Position numbers and translations under genes: made by a program. Shown here one piece after another: positions 32,726 through 50,629 of a stretch of 64,000 bases of DNA. The DNA is taken from the NCBI RefSeq assembly GCF_009914755.1, contig NC_060934.1; one strand, 5' to 3'. This DNA is from the human T2T-CHM13v2.0 reference genome, Homo sapiens. The notes beneath the pieces are model-generated. The model saw only the letters and a program-made list of their open reading frames with translations, was not told where the DNA came from and did no database searches. Numbering within the stretch: the stretch's first letter is position 1; the number at the start of each line of letters is the position of its first letter.

Positions 32726-33944
32726 CCCCTGAAGCCATGTCTGATTCTAACAAGGCTCGAGTAATCCTTTCCTAGCTCAAGAACCTTTCTTTAGAGTGTT
32801 AGAGAAAGAAAAATTCTTAGTCCTTTGTTTCTCACCACCTAGAGATGCTAGAATTCTACTTCTTGGCACTAAAAGCTATATCATCCTGCACGCTTGTGTT
32901 CTGAAGCAGGTGCTAACTCTCTTCTGGGCCTTAATACCTCTCGTTTTTTCTCTTTTCCTCTCAACAACGGTCCTCACTACACAACTTGGCCAGGGCCTCC
33001 CGTCCAAGTGAGAGCTCTTCTCTAAGGCAACAGTCTGCAAACTTTATCACAAATTCCATTAATAAAGTTAAGCATGTATCCTCTTTAGATGTATATTAAA
33101 TTATAAATCACACTTCTGTACCTCTGTACTAATATGCTACATAAATTATCAACATACACAAAACTAAAATCTGAAAATGAATGAGAGGTGAAATTAACAT
33201 TAAAAATTAATTAACAGCACATTTCTTTGCTATAGTTATATTGTTAATTAATAAAATATTGTCAAAGGAGGGCCACAAAAGAAATAAAAAATTTTTATGT
33301 ATAATTAACATGATTTCATTGTTTTTTAAAAATTTGGCTTAACACTTTGTGACTCAATAAAGAGCTAGTTTGAAGGTCCATTTATTTCTGTGTTCAGATT
33401 TAATGACACATTTGAAATGAATTCTCATTGGAATATGTAGATCTCAGTATAAGTTTGTTGTTAGTTGTACCTAACTAATTATTGTATTTTATTAAATTCC
33501 ATCTGCAAATAATGCAAAGATCTTGTTGAAATCTAGTTTTAAGTTTATATAGTATTACATTGTGTAGATATAACATATTTAGCCAATTCCATATTGACTC
33601 ACACTTAAGGTATTTTTTTCTTCTATGATAAACATATTACAATTAGTAATCTTGTACATTTGTCATTTGTACATTTGCAAGAATATCTGTAGGATACATT
33701 CCTGGAAATTGAATTGCTGGGTTAAGGACTGTAATTTTGTAATTTTGCTAGATATTGCCAAATTGCCTTCCACGTGGGCTTGTATGACGAAGATGGCTAG
33801 CATACCCTATTACCAAAGGTTAAGATATTTGCTAATATTAGAGATGAAACATAATTTGTCAGCAAAGTTTCAATTTCAGCTTCCCTTATTTCAAGCTGTC
33901 TGAGCATCTTTTCTTATCTTCAGAAGCCATTTGTGGACTTTTTT

Positions 33945-34260
33945 CTCTCTCTCTCTCTCTTTTTTTTTTTTTTAATTGAGACAGAGTCTCCCTCTGTTGT
34001 CCAGGCTGGAGCTCAGTAGTGTGATCTCGGCTCATTGCAACCTCCACCTCGCAGGTTGAAGCGATTCTCGTGCCTCAGCCTCCCGAGTAGCTGGTATTAC
34101 AGGCATGTGCCCCCACGCCCAGATAATTTTTGTATTTTTAGTAGAGATGGTGTTTCACCATGTCTGCCAGACTGGTCTCAAACTCCTGATCTCAAGCAAT
34201 CTGCTCACCTCAACCTCCCAAAGTGCTGAAATTATAGGCATGATCCACGGCATCTGGCCT
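33945..34260 (-). mobile_element. Alu within an old reverse L1ME-like fragment (~33540-34290)
   Basis: Reverse dimer with (CT)n/T tail. Confidence 0.88.
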
Positions 34261-34399
34261 GTGTGCTTTTTCTTGTGAATTGTCTATAATACGAGAAAAT
34301 ACATAGGTTTTTCTTCAAACATCTTTTTCAAAGTGCTTTGAAATAGGAATTTTATAGTCAATGAGAAAATAGAGACAGATTGTCTTTTTTTTCAAAAAT

Positions 34400-38350
<3,951 letters not shown>

Positions 38351-38949
38351 TGTTAGCTAGCATACTGTTGATAGCCACTTATCACAGAAAAGGTGAGCGG
38401 ATTTGAATTGCTTGATTATTGTAAAATAAAAGTGATTAACCTCTACAGTGGCCAATGATTCTAACTACGTTGCCAATGAGAAACCCAGCACACAGGTGCC
38501 ACAAAGGGTCTTCAAAGTCGCTCCTCTTCTCATGATAAATTATGTGAGGGTTCTGTTGTTTGAAGGTCTCATTTTAATCAAATTAACTGTATTAATTTCA
38601 CTCTACCAATACAGTCTGATCCTACTTACTTTTCATATAAAATGGGACCACACTGGTGATATTGTGTGCCACCTAAACGGCCACATATCGCAGTAAACTA
38701 AAAGAAGCAAATGGATAGATACATTATTCTCCATCCTTTTATCTGGGGACCATAGAAAGTAAGATGAAGACACAAGAGCCAAACAACACAGGGGTAAAAT
38801 TTCAAGCTCCTAAGCTGACTTACACATTTACCTACATGGAGTCACCAGCTGCAAAGCGGAGACCACGCAGAAACACGAAGCAAATCAAACATAGACTTGG
38901 TCAGCTCAGTGACGATGATGGCAGCAGAGGTTTTAAATGCGTGCAGTGT

Positions 38950-39425
38950 TTTCATTTATTTGTTTATTTTAAAATTTGGGGTAAAGTAGACATTACATAA
39001 AATGTACTGTTTTAACCATTTTAAAGTATACAATGAGAGTCATTAAGTACATTCACAGCACACATCCAACGGTTCTCTCTAGTTCCATAACTTTTTCATC
39101 TCCCCAAAAGGAAACTCTGTTCCCATTAATTCACTTCCCATTTCCCCTTTTCCCAGCTCTGGTACCCACTGCTCTGTGTTCTGTCTCTATGGATTTACCT
39201 GTTCTGGGTATTTCCTATAACTGGGTCTACAATGTTTTTACCAGTGTTTTTCAAAGTGTAGTTCTCACCATCAGCCTGGGAACCTCACCTGAAAAACGTG
39301 TTAGAATAAAATTTTCTTGATCTTAGTCTAGGTCTGCAGAATCAGAATTAGGGGTGTGGTGGCCTCTAGGAGTCTGAGATTTGGCATGCTCCCCAGGTGA
39401 TCCTAATGCCCACTAAAGTGTGAGA
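38950..39425. mobile_element. Reverse L1M 3' fragment (~38950-39230) followed by a MER5-like piece
   Basis: TTAACCATTTTAAAGTATACAAT; CAGTGTTTTTCAAAGTGTAG...CTCCCCAGGTGAT. Confidence 0.6.
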
Positions 39426-40074
39426 AAATCTGAAATAGTTAGTCCTCTCCATCTTCTATTAACCTTGACACCGTGGATGGCCACTTTCCTGTGGGCTCAG
39501 CTGGCCAACTTGACAAATGAATTTACGATTGGGAATTAATTACTGAGGTTGACTCAATGTGTAACTTTTCCCAACAGAATGGCAATATGAATTGAGACAT
39601 CTTCAAATACAGTTTTCAGACTGAAAGCTTTAGCTCTTCAGAGACTAAAATCCCCATGATGTTACCTTAGGACTGAGCTCCCTGTTCCCCAAACCCTGCA
39701 CCAGGAGGTCTGAGCCACCTTAGGGAATGGACACACCCACTCCTAATCCCCAGAGCAATCTGACTTGCTCTCCAGCTCTAATTTCTGTGGGTGTAGGAGC
39801 AGTGGAAGGAGCTTGAATATTTGGGCTCTGAATAATAATTGGTTTCAAATTTGTTAGAAAACAAAAAGTCACTGCCTTAACCCAAATCAATGAACTCCTA
39901 CTAGTCAGATTTCTGGCACTGTTATAGACCAGTGCGGGAGTCATTATGACATTAGGGTGACAGACAGGGCTGAGTCTAAGACTACTCTAGGGAACTTTGG
40001 GGATTGTAGCACATGCCCTAAGTTTCAGGGGTTCCCACAGGTAATGCATCTCTAAGTCAAGTCCATTGGGTAAG

Positions 40075-40285
40075 TCTGGTCGCTAACTCCTGAGCTCAGG
40101 TGAGCCTCCTGCCTCAGGCTCGCAAGTAACTGAGAATGCAGTCATACACCACCACACCTAATTTTTAAAAATATTTTTTTAGAGACGAGGTCTCACTATG
40201 TTGGTGGTCTCAGCTGAAGTGATCCCCCTGCACCAGTCTCCTGAATTACTGGAATTACGGCCATGCACCACTGTGCCCAGCTCCT
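40075..40285 (-). mobile_element. Degenerate Alu fragment(s)
   Basis: Diverged reverse Alu motifs. Confidence 0.7.
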
Positions 40286-41523
40286 CTTGCCCATTTCTGT
40301 TTTTTCTGTGATCCCCTTGCTCATTTTTTAAACATTTTTGTCTTTAGGTTTTTAGCCTGGTTTTATCTTCTTGCTCTACCTACCCTGTCCCTGGTTATCT
40401 TCTTGGCTTCTTCATCCCCAAATTTATCTCTGGCTGAGATTTCTCTCCTGAGGTTCAGGCCAACATACACAACTGCCAAGACATCCCCACATGGGGACTG
40501 GCAATAAACAGATGTATGTAAAAGACACAAGGAATAATTGTCCCATGCTTAGTGAAGGAGAGGGGAAAGAAAAGAGAGAGAAAAACATCAAACATTTCTC
40601 CAATGTTTCAAGCCTCAGCACCACCAATCCAAGAGAAAACCTAAGACAGAAACAAGAAGGAATATGAGTTTCGTTTCAGCCATAGTGAATTTTATATAAA
40701 GGTGAGCCTTGAAGGCAAAATTTTTCAGAACTCTTTTAGAGTTGTGGTTCTAAGATTCGGAACAGATAGCAAGACACTAAAAAAACAAACCAAGGAGATG
40801 ACATTCCTAACCAACAATTTGGCCTAGGTGTTCTGTTCTATATACTATTATCCTTACATCCCTGGAAAACACAGCCAAATCCTTTCTTAGGTTTCAGACA
40901 TACCTGACTGCCCTTTTCCCTGTGGGTCCATCTTCTAGTGTTAATTATTTTTACCATATTCCAAAGATATGATCAGCTAGCTCATAAAAGGACTATCTAT
41001 GGCAGTATTCTTAAGACCTGAAGTTTGGGATGACCTATGAGCAAGCCCAGTATGTAGGAAGAAATTGAAGTGAAGAAACCCCTTGGAGGCACGATGGAGA
41101 AGCCGTCACATGTTGCTGTCAGTAACATGCCTACAGCAGGCAGCTCCAGGGACAGACAACAGGTGAGAGCAAACACCATATTCAGACCATTGACTTTTCT
41201 CCATCCTGTTGATATTCCTTCACCATCAGTAGTGAAGAGAAGAGAAATGCTGCTTGCAGAACTCACATTCTCTGAATAGGTGACTCACGAGCACAATGAC
41301 TCACAGCTTATGTAGGGTTGCTTGGGTCCAAGTGTAACAGGCATCTGTGGCTGCAGTTCAGGAGCTAGTAGAGACAGAAGTCATACAGCATTGTCACCTC
41401 CGCCCTCAGCTCCATTGCCCCTGGCTGAGCTGAGGTTCCAAAACAACCCCCACCCTCTCCAGGTACTGCTTCTCCTTGCCTCCATCGATATGCACAGGAG
41501 CTTTCGTACGCAGTCAAGGGAGA

Positions 41524-41690
41524 ATTTATTTTATTTTATTTTATTTTATTTTATTTTATTTTATTTTATTTTATTTTATTTTTTGTTAGAGATAGGGTCT
41601 CACTATGTTGCCCAGGCTGGACTGAAACTCCTGGGCCTAAGGGACCCTCCTGCCTCAGCCTCCCAAGTGGCTAGGACTGCAGGCACATGT
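41524..41690 (-). mobile_element. (TTTTA)n microsatellite plus Alu monomer (FLAM-like)
   Basis: Read directly. Confidence 0.85.
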
Positions 41691-42102
41691 TCACACAGTT
41701 GCAGTGTTTATATACAAAATTTTTGCTAAGATACGTTATTGCATCAGTTTTATAGAGACCTATTAGTTATAAGACTCCCTCACTTTTATAACTGTCAATG
41801 TTTTAGCTTATAATATGGGCAAGTGAAACTGCAAAAGCCCTTTTATTTAGCTGACAATAAAGCCTCTTAGTTTGGATTCCCTGGGTTTCGATTCCATGGC
41901 CCATAGTCATTTTATTCAACAGGTTCTTCTTGAGGGCACGGGGTGGAAAGTTCTGGACCTGCCTGGGGAGGTCAAGGTGAGAATGACAGATAAGGAACTG
42001 AAGAGAGAAAGCAGCAATGCAAAATCACAGGCTTTCCCAGAGTATTTGACATTTCATGCACGTAAATACATTTCACTTCATGTACATTAAAAGAAAAGGC
42101 CA

Positions 42103-42440
<338 letters not shown>

Positions 42441-42649
42441 TTAATTGCTAAAACATTATTCTTTATTGCTAAAAGCTAAGTCCATGTGGGCAGGGAGTTT
42501 GTCTCTGTATCCACAGCCCCAGAACCAGGCTTGGCATATTAGATGCTTCATAAATATTTGTTGAGTGAATAAATGAAATAATTTGCTAACAGTTAATTTA
42601 TTGCATATCTTGGAGATATTAAAGCTACTTTAAACAGAAATTCCTTGCT

Positions 42650-43085
42650 TCACAATTTGCAGTTGCAAAAATGTGGAAGCAACCCAAATATCCATCAATC
42701 AAGGAATGGTAAAGAAACTGTGGTGTATATATGTGATGGAATACTACTCAGCCATAGAAAGGAATGAATTAATGGCATTCGCAGCAACCTGGATGGGATT
42801 GGAGACTATTATTCTAGGTGAAGTAACTCAGGAATGGAAAACCAAACATCGTATGTTCTCACTTAAAGGGGAAGCTAAGCTACAAGGGTGCAAAGGCATA
42901 AGAATGACACAATGGACTTTGGGGGCTCAGGGGGAAAGGGTGGGAAGGGGGTGAGGGATAAAATCAGGTTCAGTGTATATTGTTCGGGTGATGGGTGCAC
43001 CAAAATCTCACAAATCACCACTGAAGAACTTACTCATGTAACCAAATATCACCTGTTCCCCAAAAACCTATGGGGAAAAAAAAAG
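42650..43085 (+). mobile_element. L1PB-like 3' end
   Basis: ORF 42673-42954 contains MEYYSAI..ETIILGEVTQEWKTK, followed by 3'UTR and A tail. Confidence 0.88.
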
Positions 43086-43157
43086 TCCTAGCTTCAGGTT
43101 TTCTATTTGTAAGAGTGTTTTGTAAAACTGGCTTTGGGAAGTGCATCAATTCTTTTC

Positions 43158-43176
43158 TGCCACCAGAGGGAGACAG
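43158..43176 (+). promoter_or_regulatory. Candidate CTCF motif
   Basis: CCACCAGAGGGAGAC versus core consensus CCASYAGRKGGCRS. Confidence 0.45.
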
Positions 43177-44459
43177 AGTGCATTCAGGAATCAAGTTTTT
43201 AAGGCGCTATTTTTCAAAGAGTGGTTAGTACTTCAGCTGATACTCTTAGATGTGAATAACTGTGACTAAGTCAAATCAGCACTGCAGGATGAGGTTTAAA
43301 ACTATAGCAGCATATCTTAAGCTTAACACAAGGTAAGCATGTGTCCAGGTTAAAAATAACATCCGTAAATACAGCCTGATAATGTGCTTAAAAATAAAGT
43401 ATCATATAAATAGGTTGCAAATGACGATTGAGTCTTTCCTTATTTTACGATCACTTTCTGATACCCAATTAAATGCCATATGTGATCTAATAGCCAAAGG
43501 CTATTTGACTTTTTAACATCAAGGGTGATGCCGTTTTAACATCAGGGAGGAAATGCAAAGGTTCTAGTTCTGATGCACAGACAGTGACTAAATATATTCC
43601 ATCACAGCTGAGTGTCAGGGGCTGGCACAGTACAATCAGGCATGTGAGTAGCTCTTTTGTGCTGGGAACCTGTTGGGCAGACTGACTTAACATGGGAGTG
43701 CCTATGGGATGGGAGGTCTGGTAATATATTATTAAGGAGGGAGTCCCAGGGACTGGAAGGGAGGAATTTTCCTTTACAACATTATATTTAATGAGAACAA
43801 ACTTAATATTAGTCTGGTAGACATTGCCTATTATGTGGGAAATTAATGTATTCTTTTATTACTATCTTCAGTTTGCAGTTCCTGAGGTCTTGAGGTTTGG
43901 CCATATAAGAACATCCATGTAGATCCAGGTCTCTCTGCAACTCCAGACCCCCTGTTCCAGGAGTCTTGACTGACAGAGCTTGCTGTAAGGGTCAGTAGCT
44001 GGCAACTAAATTGTCTCACCTCCTTTTCTTTTCTTGCCTGGTCTCTGGTTGGAAGTTCCAACTGGGGCTCAAACAGCCCCCAAAGCCGGCAGCTGAAGAG
44101 GAAAGGGGGAATACGGTGGTGCTTCAGTGCCATCTAACTTGGCTTTAAACAGTAGGAAATTAGCTGCTTGTCATTAAAATAAACAAATGCCAGCCTGTTC
44201 CGTGGCTACAGGCTGCAGGGGACATGCAAGGGGACTGGTGAAGTCCCCACAGTTTCTGGGGGTTACAGTGGGCCCAGAGCCGCTCTCCTCCCCTCCAGAT
44301 TCCCGTCACACTGTTGGCCAGCTGTGGATCCTCTCCTCCTTTGCCTAAGTTGGAGGAGACAAAGGTGAGTGTGAGCTGAGTGCTTCAGTGTCGAGGCCGT
44401 GCGGGCGATGATGTGATAGGGCAGCATGGGGTTGATGTTACTTTTTAAAACTGTTTCCA

Positions 44460-44776
<317 letters not shown>

Positions 44777-44883
44777 CTACTTTCCACAGAGCTGGAGGAC
44801 AGGCTTTTGGTGTCGAGTGTCTCACATCCTTGTTTTTTCCCCTTTGGCATGAATATCTAGACAGGAATTTCTGATAACCTCTT

Positions 44884-45419
44884 GTAAACTGAAAAGTAAC
44901 TGAGGCATCTCAATCCACTTAAAGGTTTATTTTGCCAAGGTTGAGAATGCACCCGGGAAAAACAGACGTAAGTCCCATTGGGACCATCAGATCTCATGAG
45001 AACTCACTCACTATCATGAGAACAGCAGGGGGGCAACCACCCCCATGATCCAACCACCTCCTACCAGGTCCCTCCCTTGACATGTGGAGTTTACAATTCC
45101 AGATGAGATTCAGGTGGGGACAGAGAGTGAAGCCATGTCAGTAGGGAATGAGGCAAGTTGTCACATTCTTGTGAGGCTCTGATGAGCACTTAGTGAATCT
45201 ACATTTTACTTGTGAAAACAAAGGGGGGGGAAGTCAATTACATATTTGTTTCTTGCATGGTTTATCTACATTTTACATAAGGTAAAGGAAGCCTGTGAGG
45301 TCACAGCTATCTTTTTGGGAGCAAAAGGAAGGCAGTTTTATGTGACTCAGTTCCTAAGCTTCACTTTCCCTTTGGCATAGTGAGTTTGGGGATCCCAAGG
45401 TTTTATTTTCCTTCCCCAC
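44884..45419 (-). mobile_element. MER4-group ERV1 LTR carrying an MST/THE1-like insert (~44980-45140)
   Basis: Reverse strand begins GGAAGGAAAATAAAACCTTGGGATCCCCAAACTCACTA. Internal ACCATCAGATCTCATGAGAACTCACTCACTATCA is MaLR-like. Confidence 0.7.
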
Positions 45420-45451
45420 TCTATTATAGAGAATTCCGTAGGGACTATTTT

Positions 45452-45746
45452 CGGTTTTGTTTTGTTTGGAGACAAAGTCTTGCTCTGTCGCCCAGGCTGG
45501 AGTGCAGTGGCGCGATCCGGCTCACTGCAACCTCGGTCTCCTGAGTTCAAGCGATTCTTCTGCCTCAGCCTCCCAAGTAGCTGGGACTACAGGCACGTGC
45601 TACCCCTGGCTAATTTTTGTATTTTTAGTAGAGACAGGGTTTCACCATGTTGGCCAGCTGTTCTCCAACTCCTGACCTCAGGTGATCTGCCCGCCTCAGC
45701 CTCCCAAAGTGCTGGGATTACAGGCGTGAGCCACCATGCCCGGCCC
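45452..45746 (-). mobile_element. Alu (Sx-like)
   Basis: Reverse dimer. Confidence 0.93.
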
Positions 45747-47307
45747 CCTAGAACGTAATTTGAATTGGTAAATGCTGGATTAGTAAAAACTAAAAATCAA
45801 TCCGCTATTTATGTCTCTAACATAATAGCCCTTAATAGGCAACCACTTTTCATGAGTCTTGTTTCAGACATCCCAGACTCCATTTCCCAGAGAAGCGGAG
45901 AATGAATGGGTGCTGTATGTTCACTGCCGGGTGTCCGAGAAGCTGCACAGGAAGTGTCTTAACGTGAAGAGAGTCCACACTGGACACCGGCACAAAGGGC
46001 AGAGTGAAGGGACGAAGTGTCAGATGCGTCTCTGTTTGCCACCGGCACACGTTTCAGCGGTGCTAGATTTGACTAGGCACAGGACTCTAAACTGGTGGTT
46101 TGCTGACTATTAACCTCCACGGTATTGCTATCTCATGCTCCTTGACCCCTTCCTAATTTTGCTGTGGTTCGGCAGCTCCAGTCCACTGTTGAAATGCTGG
46201 TAGATTTCAAAACTCCGTTGGGACATATTAAATTCTGGTGAGCCAGTGGGTGGGATGCCTTCTGAATGACAAAGGGGCCCCGTGGCTAAAAGCTGAAGGA
46301 AATTCATGCAATGATGAATGTGCTGCAATTAATCACCAGAGATCTGTTCTTTTCCTTATATGCGTAGTATAGTGCAGGGTCCAGGGTTGGGGAGAGTCTC
46401 TGAGTCCAGATCTTCATAGAATTAAAAATAATGAATATTTGTAATCAGGCATCGCTTGACCAACAACTCCGCCTCCTTAGTTGGAAATACAGACGTCCAC
46501 TTTTCGCTAGTGTGTAATTATTTTCTGGAATGCTGAGAATTGTTCCCCTGACCTATGGCTCTTTTTTAAGCATCTGGGATATGCAGTCAATTTGCAGGTT
46601 GCTATTTTGAAGTCAGGGAGCCTCAGAGAATCGAATATATGCCACATAAGTTCCTGCAAGATGGACTTTCTGGGAGTCCTCTGATGAGGTTGGGAGAAGG
46701 CAAAGAGGAGATGTTTCCATGTAAAGGCTGAGCAAGCTCCAGGTCACTGCAGAAGTTCAGCTTTCTTCAGCTCTGTAAGCTGGACCCTGTGGCTGGAGTC
46801 TGGCCAACTGCAGGGACAAGTTTCTATTATTATGTAAATGGAGTCCCAGTGCGGCCTTGGAAGAGTTTTTGGCACAGGGTAACCCTTTGTCTGCCAAAAG
46901 GTAGCCTCTCCCTTTGCTTCAAGCCCAGAGTGTGCATTTTGCAGTGGTGACCTGTAAGCCACTGGTCAACCTGCAGATTGCCTTATTAGGCAGACTGCGG
47001 AGGCTGGTGGCTGGGGACTGGCTGGCAGAGGCGGTGGCAGTGAGCTTGTGTCCTGTACGAAGCCGGAGAACCCCAGCCCCGGAGACGTGGCCTAGTACTT
47101 ACTGTTCTATAAATGATAGTCCTCCGTGGTGACAGGAATATACACTCTCCTTGGCAGGCATACTTTATGGGTTGGTTGGAGAACAGGAGGTTTGCAGGGG
47201 GAGGTGACTGTCCGAAGGACAGAATGGTACGAGGCTTTCTTCACTGCGTAGCTTGTGTGTTCAGTCCTGTATCAGGGCTTATTCTACGGAGTATGGACTT
47301 TATCAGG

Positions 47308-47660
47308 ATTTTTTTTTTAACTTTTAAGTTCAGGTTTGTTATATAGGTAAACTCCTGTTATGGGGGTTTGTTGTACAGATTATTTCATCACCCAGGCATT
47401 AAGCCCAGTACCCATTTGTTATTTTTCATGATCCTCTCCCTCCTTCCACCCTCCACCCTCCGAAAGGCCCCAGTGTGTGTTGTTCCCCTCTGTGTGTCCA
47501 TGTGTTCTCATCATTTAGCTCCCACTTATAAGTGAGAACATGCGGTATTTGGTTTTTCTGTTCCTGCGTTAGTTTGCTAAAGATAATAGCCTCCAGCTCC
47601 ATCCATGTCCCTGCAAAGGACATGATCTCATTGTTTTTTATGGCTTCATAGTATTCTATA
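47308..47660 (-). mobile_element. L1PA (older) 3' end
   Basis: Reverse ORF MSFAGTWMELEAIIFSKLTQEQK; TATCAGGA at both flanks. Confidence 0.88.
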
Positions 47661-48677
47661 TCAGGAAGTGTGGAATGTTTTCCTTTTAACCCAGGATGTT
47701 TTGCAGACTCTCAATCTTGTTTATGTTTTATACTAAAGTCTTTCTAATCTAATGGTGAGGTCATGTGTGTGGTAGGAAGGAAATATCACCAGATAATAAG
47801 GTGGTACAATGGAAACAGCAGAGTTTTAGGAGACAGGGGACGTGCGTTCCAGGGCTGCCACAAGTGGGCTAAGTGGATAAGTCACTTGCATTGGGGAGGT
47901 GACTTCCCCAAGGACAGAACGGTATAGCTCATGTATCTAGGGCTTAGTGGGCAATCACTAGTGATCACTAGTGAATCAGTGATCACTATACATTAAATGT
48001 ATCCAATCATCACTCTGTACCCCATAAACATGTACATTTGTTGTCAATTAAAAACTAAAATAAAAATGTAGAGTAGACTGAATGCACTCAATTACCTCTC
48101 CATAGTACATTTCTCTCCTCAAATTGCATTAACCAGCCTCCCCTTTCCTTTGTGTTCTCTTTAGTAAAACTGCTTAATGAGTGTGTATGGTTAATAGCCA
48201 CAGCCGAGCATCCACGGGGACCGTTTTCCCAACGGAACCTGTAAGGCTGAATCCATCTTTTCTCTTTTGAGTTTCTTCCAAACTTGCTGCAGTAGCTGAA
48301 AGTTAGTGAAGACGGCACTTTCCTGCACTGAAATGCTCGTTCAGATGCCTCAGGTTCTATGGGTTATGGCTCATGGACCAAAGCTGCACATGAGGCAAAC
48401 GAACACCTGGAGGAGCCTGCGTTCAGGATGGGGCAGTGACCGCGCTCAGAGCGCTCTGGCTCACATCCCTTGTCTAAGCGGCTTCTCATTCATTGAGCTG
48501 AGGCGTAGGACAGCCTGCCGGGAAGACAGACGCAAACCGCGGCTCACTCTGGCTCCTGACTGCTCCAGACCCTGGCTTCAGTTCTCCCCTCCCTCCAGAG
48601 ATCTTGGGGCAGCAGGGCTCATAAGCTGCTGCATGAGAACAGGGACAGCTCTGACTGCTGGAGTCAGACTCAGCGCT

Positions 48678-48722
48678 TGTGTGTGTGTGTGTGTGTATGT
48701 GTGTATGTGTGTGTGTGTGTGT
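48678..48722. repeat. (TG)n microsatellite, interrupted
   Basis: Read directly. Confidence 0.95.
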
Positions 48723-48878
48723 ATTTTTAGCACAGTTGGGAGACAACGTCTGAGGTGCTGCTGGCTCCGCTCCATCTGGTGTCCTTGTCCTTGTCGTCTT
48801 CATTTCACTGCTTACATCTGCTACTTGTTCAGGGAAAGCACAAATTCACTTTTCTCCTTCTGTTAAAGAAATAATTTT

Positions 48879-49302
<424 letters not shown>

Positions 49303-49531
49303 TTTTTTTTTAATGTGTTTTCTCACTACCTGAAGACCAAGCAGCATGATGTATCCCAGCTTGATGTCTGGGTGTGACAAGCGTCTGAATTTTCTTTTTT
49401 CACTTGGGCTTCAGGGATGGCTCTGATGCTTCTTCGCGCACTGTCCACGGCCTCCCTTCCCACCCCGAAATGCCCTGGCTGGTCCCATGGCACGTTCCGT
49501 CTGAATGTGGGTGGCTGTCTTGCCGAACCCC

Positions 49532-49960
49532 TGTCGACTCCATGGGAAGGCACCAGTTTTAAGAGGCCGAAGAAGAGACCCAGAGCCAGTGAACGAGGCA
49601 CGGGGTTCTGTTGGGGACTTGGATACAGGGGAGAGAGTCCAGTGGCAGCGGGCTGAGCAGGAGAAGCACAACCGCTTTCAAAAGGCATGCAGTTTATATA
49701 GCAATAGCATGTCCACTTGGCACCTCCCCCGACAATCTCCACCTGGCAGCCTTCACATACCCCAAAACAAACAGTCCGGACCCCCTGTGCATGCAGTGGC
49801 GGGGGTGGGGCGGGAATGCTGCTCAGATGTTCCTCATAGATAAGGAACGAATCTCCAGTTGGCCTCTCCTGGATTCCTTAGCTTGGAACCCTGAACCCCA
49901 TGCAGGTGCCTCCGCCATACAGGGCCATTCTCAGGGTGTGCCTAAGTGATTGCTGTCAGG
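49532..49960 (-). mobile_element. Probable ERVL-type solo LTR (MER54/LTR47-like; uncertain)
   Basis: GAAGAAGAGACCCAGAGCCAG...GAGAGTCCAGTGGCAGCGGGCTG; TTTATATAG reads as a TATA box on the reverse strand. Confidence 0.45.
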
Positions 49961-50629
49961 CGCATTTACCATGCAGAGGGATGGGACCATTTAAGCCCAC
50001 GCCCCCGTTAGGCCTCTTCCCAGTTCCAGCTCCCACACTGTCCGCTCTTCTTCCTGGCACGGAGGTGAGGGCCCATGGCCTCCCCATTCATCTACTGCCA
50101 CCATCTCCTCCACAAATAAGCTCTCCAGTCTCCTCCTCCAGGAAGCCTTCCTTCATCACACTCACCCCATCTGATTATGCTGTTTCCCTGCTTCTTCCTG
50201 GGCTTTATATCATCTGTGGCTTGTATTCGTGTTTTCTAACTCTGTGGGTGTATCGTAATCACCTGTGGTGGGAGGACTTTCATTTTAAACAAGCACCCCA
50301 TGTGGTCTGAGGGTCACCCAAGTTTCAAATCCTTTGCCTCAAATCCAATGTTACACCCACGCATGAGTGTAAACGTGTCTCGAGTCATTTCAACAGACAG
50401 TGTGGAATGTGCCTTTGATTTATTTTGTGTCATGACCTCCCCAAGGTACCTGCACTGGAGCACGGGATCTGCTTTCCCGATGCAATAATATGACCATGAA
50501 GAAAGTCAATCATGAACGTGTGAAATATCACGAACACGCCCTCCCCTACCCTGCATCAATCAGCAAGGGGCTGGGGACCTGTTCTGAGAGCCTGGTAGGT
50601 CTCTGGTGCCAATTAATACAACCCATGGA

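Noticed and set aside
32740-33050. TATA or CRE core promoter for LYZL2
   Set aside because: No convincing TATA box or TGACGTCA found; the TSS cannot be fixed from sequence.
48306-48866. 186-aa ORF
   Set aside because: Runs through the (TG)n repeat (CVCVCV), has a non-ATG start, and no family resemblance.
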